64,000 bases of DNA, taken from contig JAJDXV010000098.1 in assembly GCA_022823085.1 (NCBI GenBank), positions 8,828 through 72,827 on the forward strand, read 5' to 3'. Under the pieces are notes generated by a model. That model was not told the origin of the DNA, made no database searches, and saw nothing but the letters and a program-made list of their open reading frames with translations. Of the stretch, positions 63,043-64,000 are shown one piece after another (the stretch's first letter is position 1; every line of letters starts with the position of its first letter). This DNA comes from Candidatus Poribacteria bacterium. GTDB lineage: Bacteria; Poribacteria; WGA-4E; WGA-3G. The position numbers were made by a program, and so were the translations under genes.

Positions 63043-64000
63043 ATGTCAGTTTCTATTCACAAAGGTAAATGTATCGTACTCTTCGGGGCAGCGAGTCGTC
63101 AAAAATATATTTTTCAGAGCAACCGTTTGAAAGAAAACGTTGGCGCGTCGCATCTCGTTAAATGCGCTTTTGAAAAAGACCTGATCGATGCAATAGAACA
63201 AAAAACACCGTACTCTGTTAATACAGATGGATGGGATAAATATACGAAAGCGACTTGGGATAGTAATAGTGTGAATATCCCAGGACCTCAACCTATGCCC
63301 GGAAGTTGTGAGAAGGAGTTCGTTGAGGTCATCTACATCGGCGGTGGACAAGCTACACTACTCTGTGGAAGCCGAGATATTGCCAATGAAGTTGTCAAAG
63401 TGTGGAGTTGCAGACTCCTGAAAAAGGCACCCGGGTTCCGAGTTACTGTTGGTTACGGTGAGGTTGACGATGCCTATCCGACACTTGCCAAGGCGTATCG
63501 TCGAGCAGTGGATGACTTAATCCTTTGTGAGGAGGCGCTACCGTTCGGCACTACCTTTCACGGTTTGCCACCGGTTCGTACTTGCATCAGTACGGGGTTC
63601 CCCGCAAGTGAGCTTAGCACGGAACCAGAAGAGCCAGGCCAATGGATATCACGAGTTGCTCATCGGAAACGAGAGGTTTCAAAAGATGCTGTCACGGACG
63701 AGTTAGAATCGATTCTGGAAGAGGGCCAGGAATTTGTCATTCATTTTGATCAGTTAGGCGGTAGTGAAGGGCACTCCTATATTGCTGTGGTACATGCCGA
63801 TGGCGATAGAATGGGTAAATGGCTTGACAAAGTTATAGACGCGCCCGAAAAGGATGACGAAAAATTTATTCATAACCTTCGTGCATTTTCTGCTTCCGTA
63901 TCTTATCAGTCTCTGCGTGCTTTAAAGGCGACACTGAACTTCCTGAAAACCGAATTGGAACGTTTGAAAGATATTTTATCGGTCGATACTAAAAAACTTT
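63043..64000 (+). CDS. Cas10/Csm1-like polymerase-cyclase (Palm) protein without an N-terminal HD domain; partial, continues past the right edge
   Basis: Open frame with no stop from ATG 63043 (AAGGA RBS) to the window end. MSVSIHKGKCIVLFGAASRQKYIFQSNRLKENVGASHLVK..., EVIYIGGGQATLLCG..., SYIAVVHADGDRMGKWL.... This gene is not in the ORF track because it has no stop. Confidence 0.6.
   Translation, partial: MSVSIHKGKCIVLFGAASRQKYIFQSNRLKENVGASHLVKCAFEKDLIDAIEQKTPYSVNTDGWDKYTKATWDSNSVNIPGPQPMPGSCEKEFVEVIYIGGGQATLLCGSRDIANEVVKVWSCRLLKKAPGFRVTVGYGEVDDAYPTLAKAYRRAVDDLILCEEALPFGTTFHGLPPVRTCISTGFPASELSTEPEEPGQWISRVAHRKREVSKDAVTDELESILEEGQEFVIHFDQLGGSEGHSYIAVVHADGDRMGKWLDKVIDAPEKDDEKFIHNLRAFSASVSYQSLRALKATLNFLKTELERLKDILSVDTKKL

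Overview
This window is a mosaic, plasmid-like accessory region. Almost all genes are on the minus strand until about 59.7 kb. There are four blocks, separated by rep/ori remnants and IS3-family debris.

(i) 1-12.9 kb is plasmid backbone. It holds two same-orientation copies of a rep-iteron-AT-rich-8-bp-repeat module. These bracket parA, an RHH partner gene, an ASCH gene, a tyrosine recombinase, a P-loop kinase and a type II R-M pair. A primase/helicase-like gene follows, with its 5' end cut by a miniature IS3 derivative.

(ii) 13-38.3 kb holds two paralogous cassettes. Each encodes a pair of GT4 glycosyltransferases with N-terminal PqqD/RRE-like domains, a polytopic A24 (prepilin-peptidase-like) membrane protein, and a small Flp-prepilin-like peptide. 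Accessory genes include ABC/TolC export genes, a transglutaminase-like protein and a cytochrome/thioredoxin fusion. An ECF sigma-TM-BNR-propeller fusion and an IS630 fragment are also present.

(iii) 39.8-57.5 kb is a lasso-peptide gene cluster. It has five tandem precursor genes (one decayed), B1, B2 and C enzymes, a GT4 with a C-terminal RRE-like domain, a GT1/28-like glycosyltransferase, a PRMT-like methyltransferase, a candidate selenocysteine (UxxC) thioredoxin-fold protein, ABC exporters, sugar-nucleotide genes and an ECF sigma factor.

(iv) 59.7-64 kb carries a type III CRISPR-like module with no CRISPR array in view. Both the RAMP protein and the CARF/nuclease-like protein carry N-terminal RRM RNA-binding domains, and an HD-less Cas10-like gene follows and runs off the window.

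A conserved ~38-nt promoter-like motif occurs eight times, always in minus orientation. Seven copies sit shortly upstream of minus-strand gene starts, including both ECF sigma genes; the eighth (39504-39542) has no gene start directly downstream.

All calls come from reading the sequence and the ORF track. No database searches were run.
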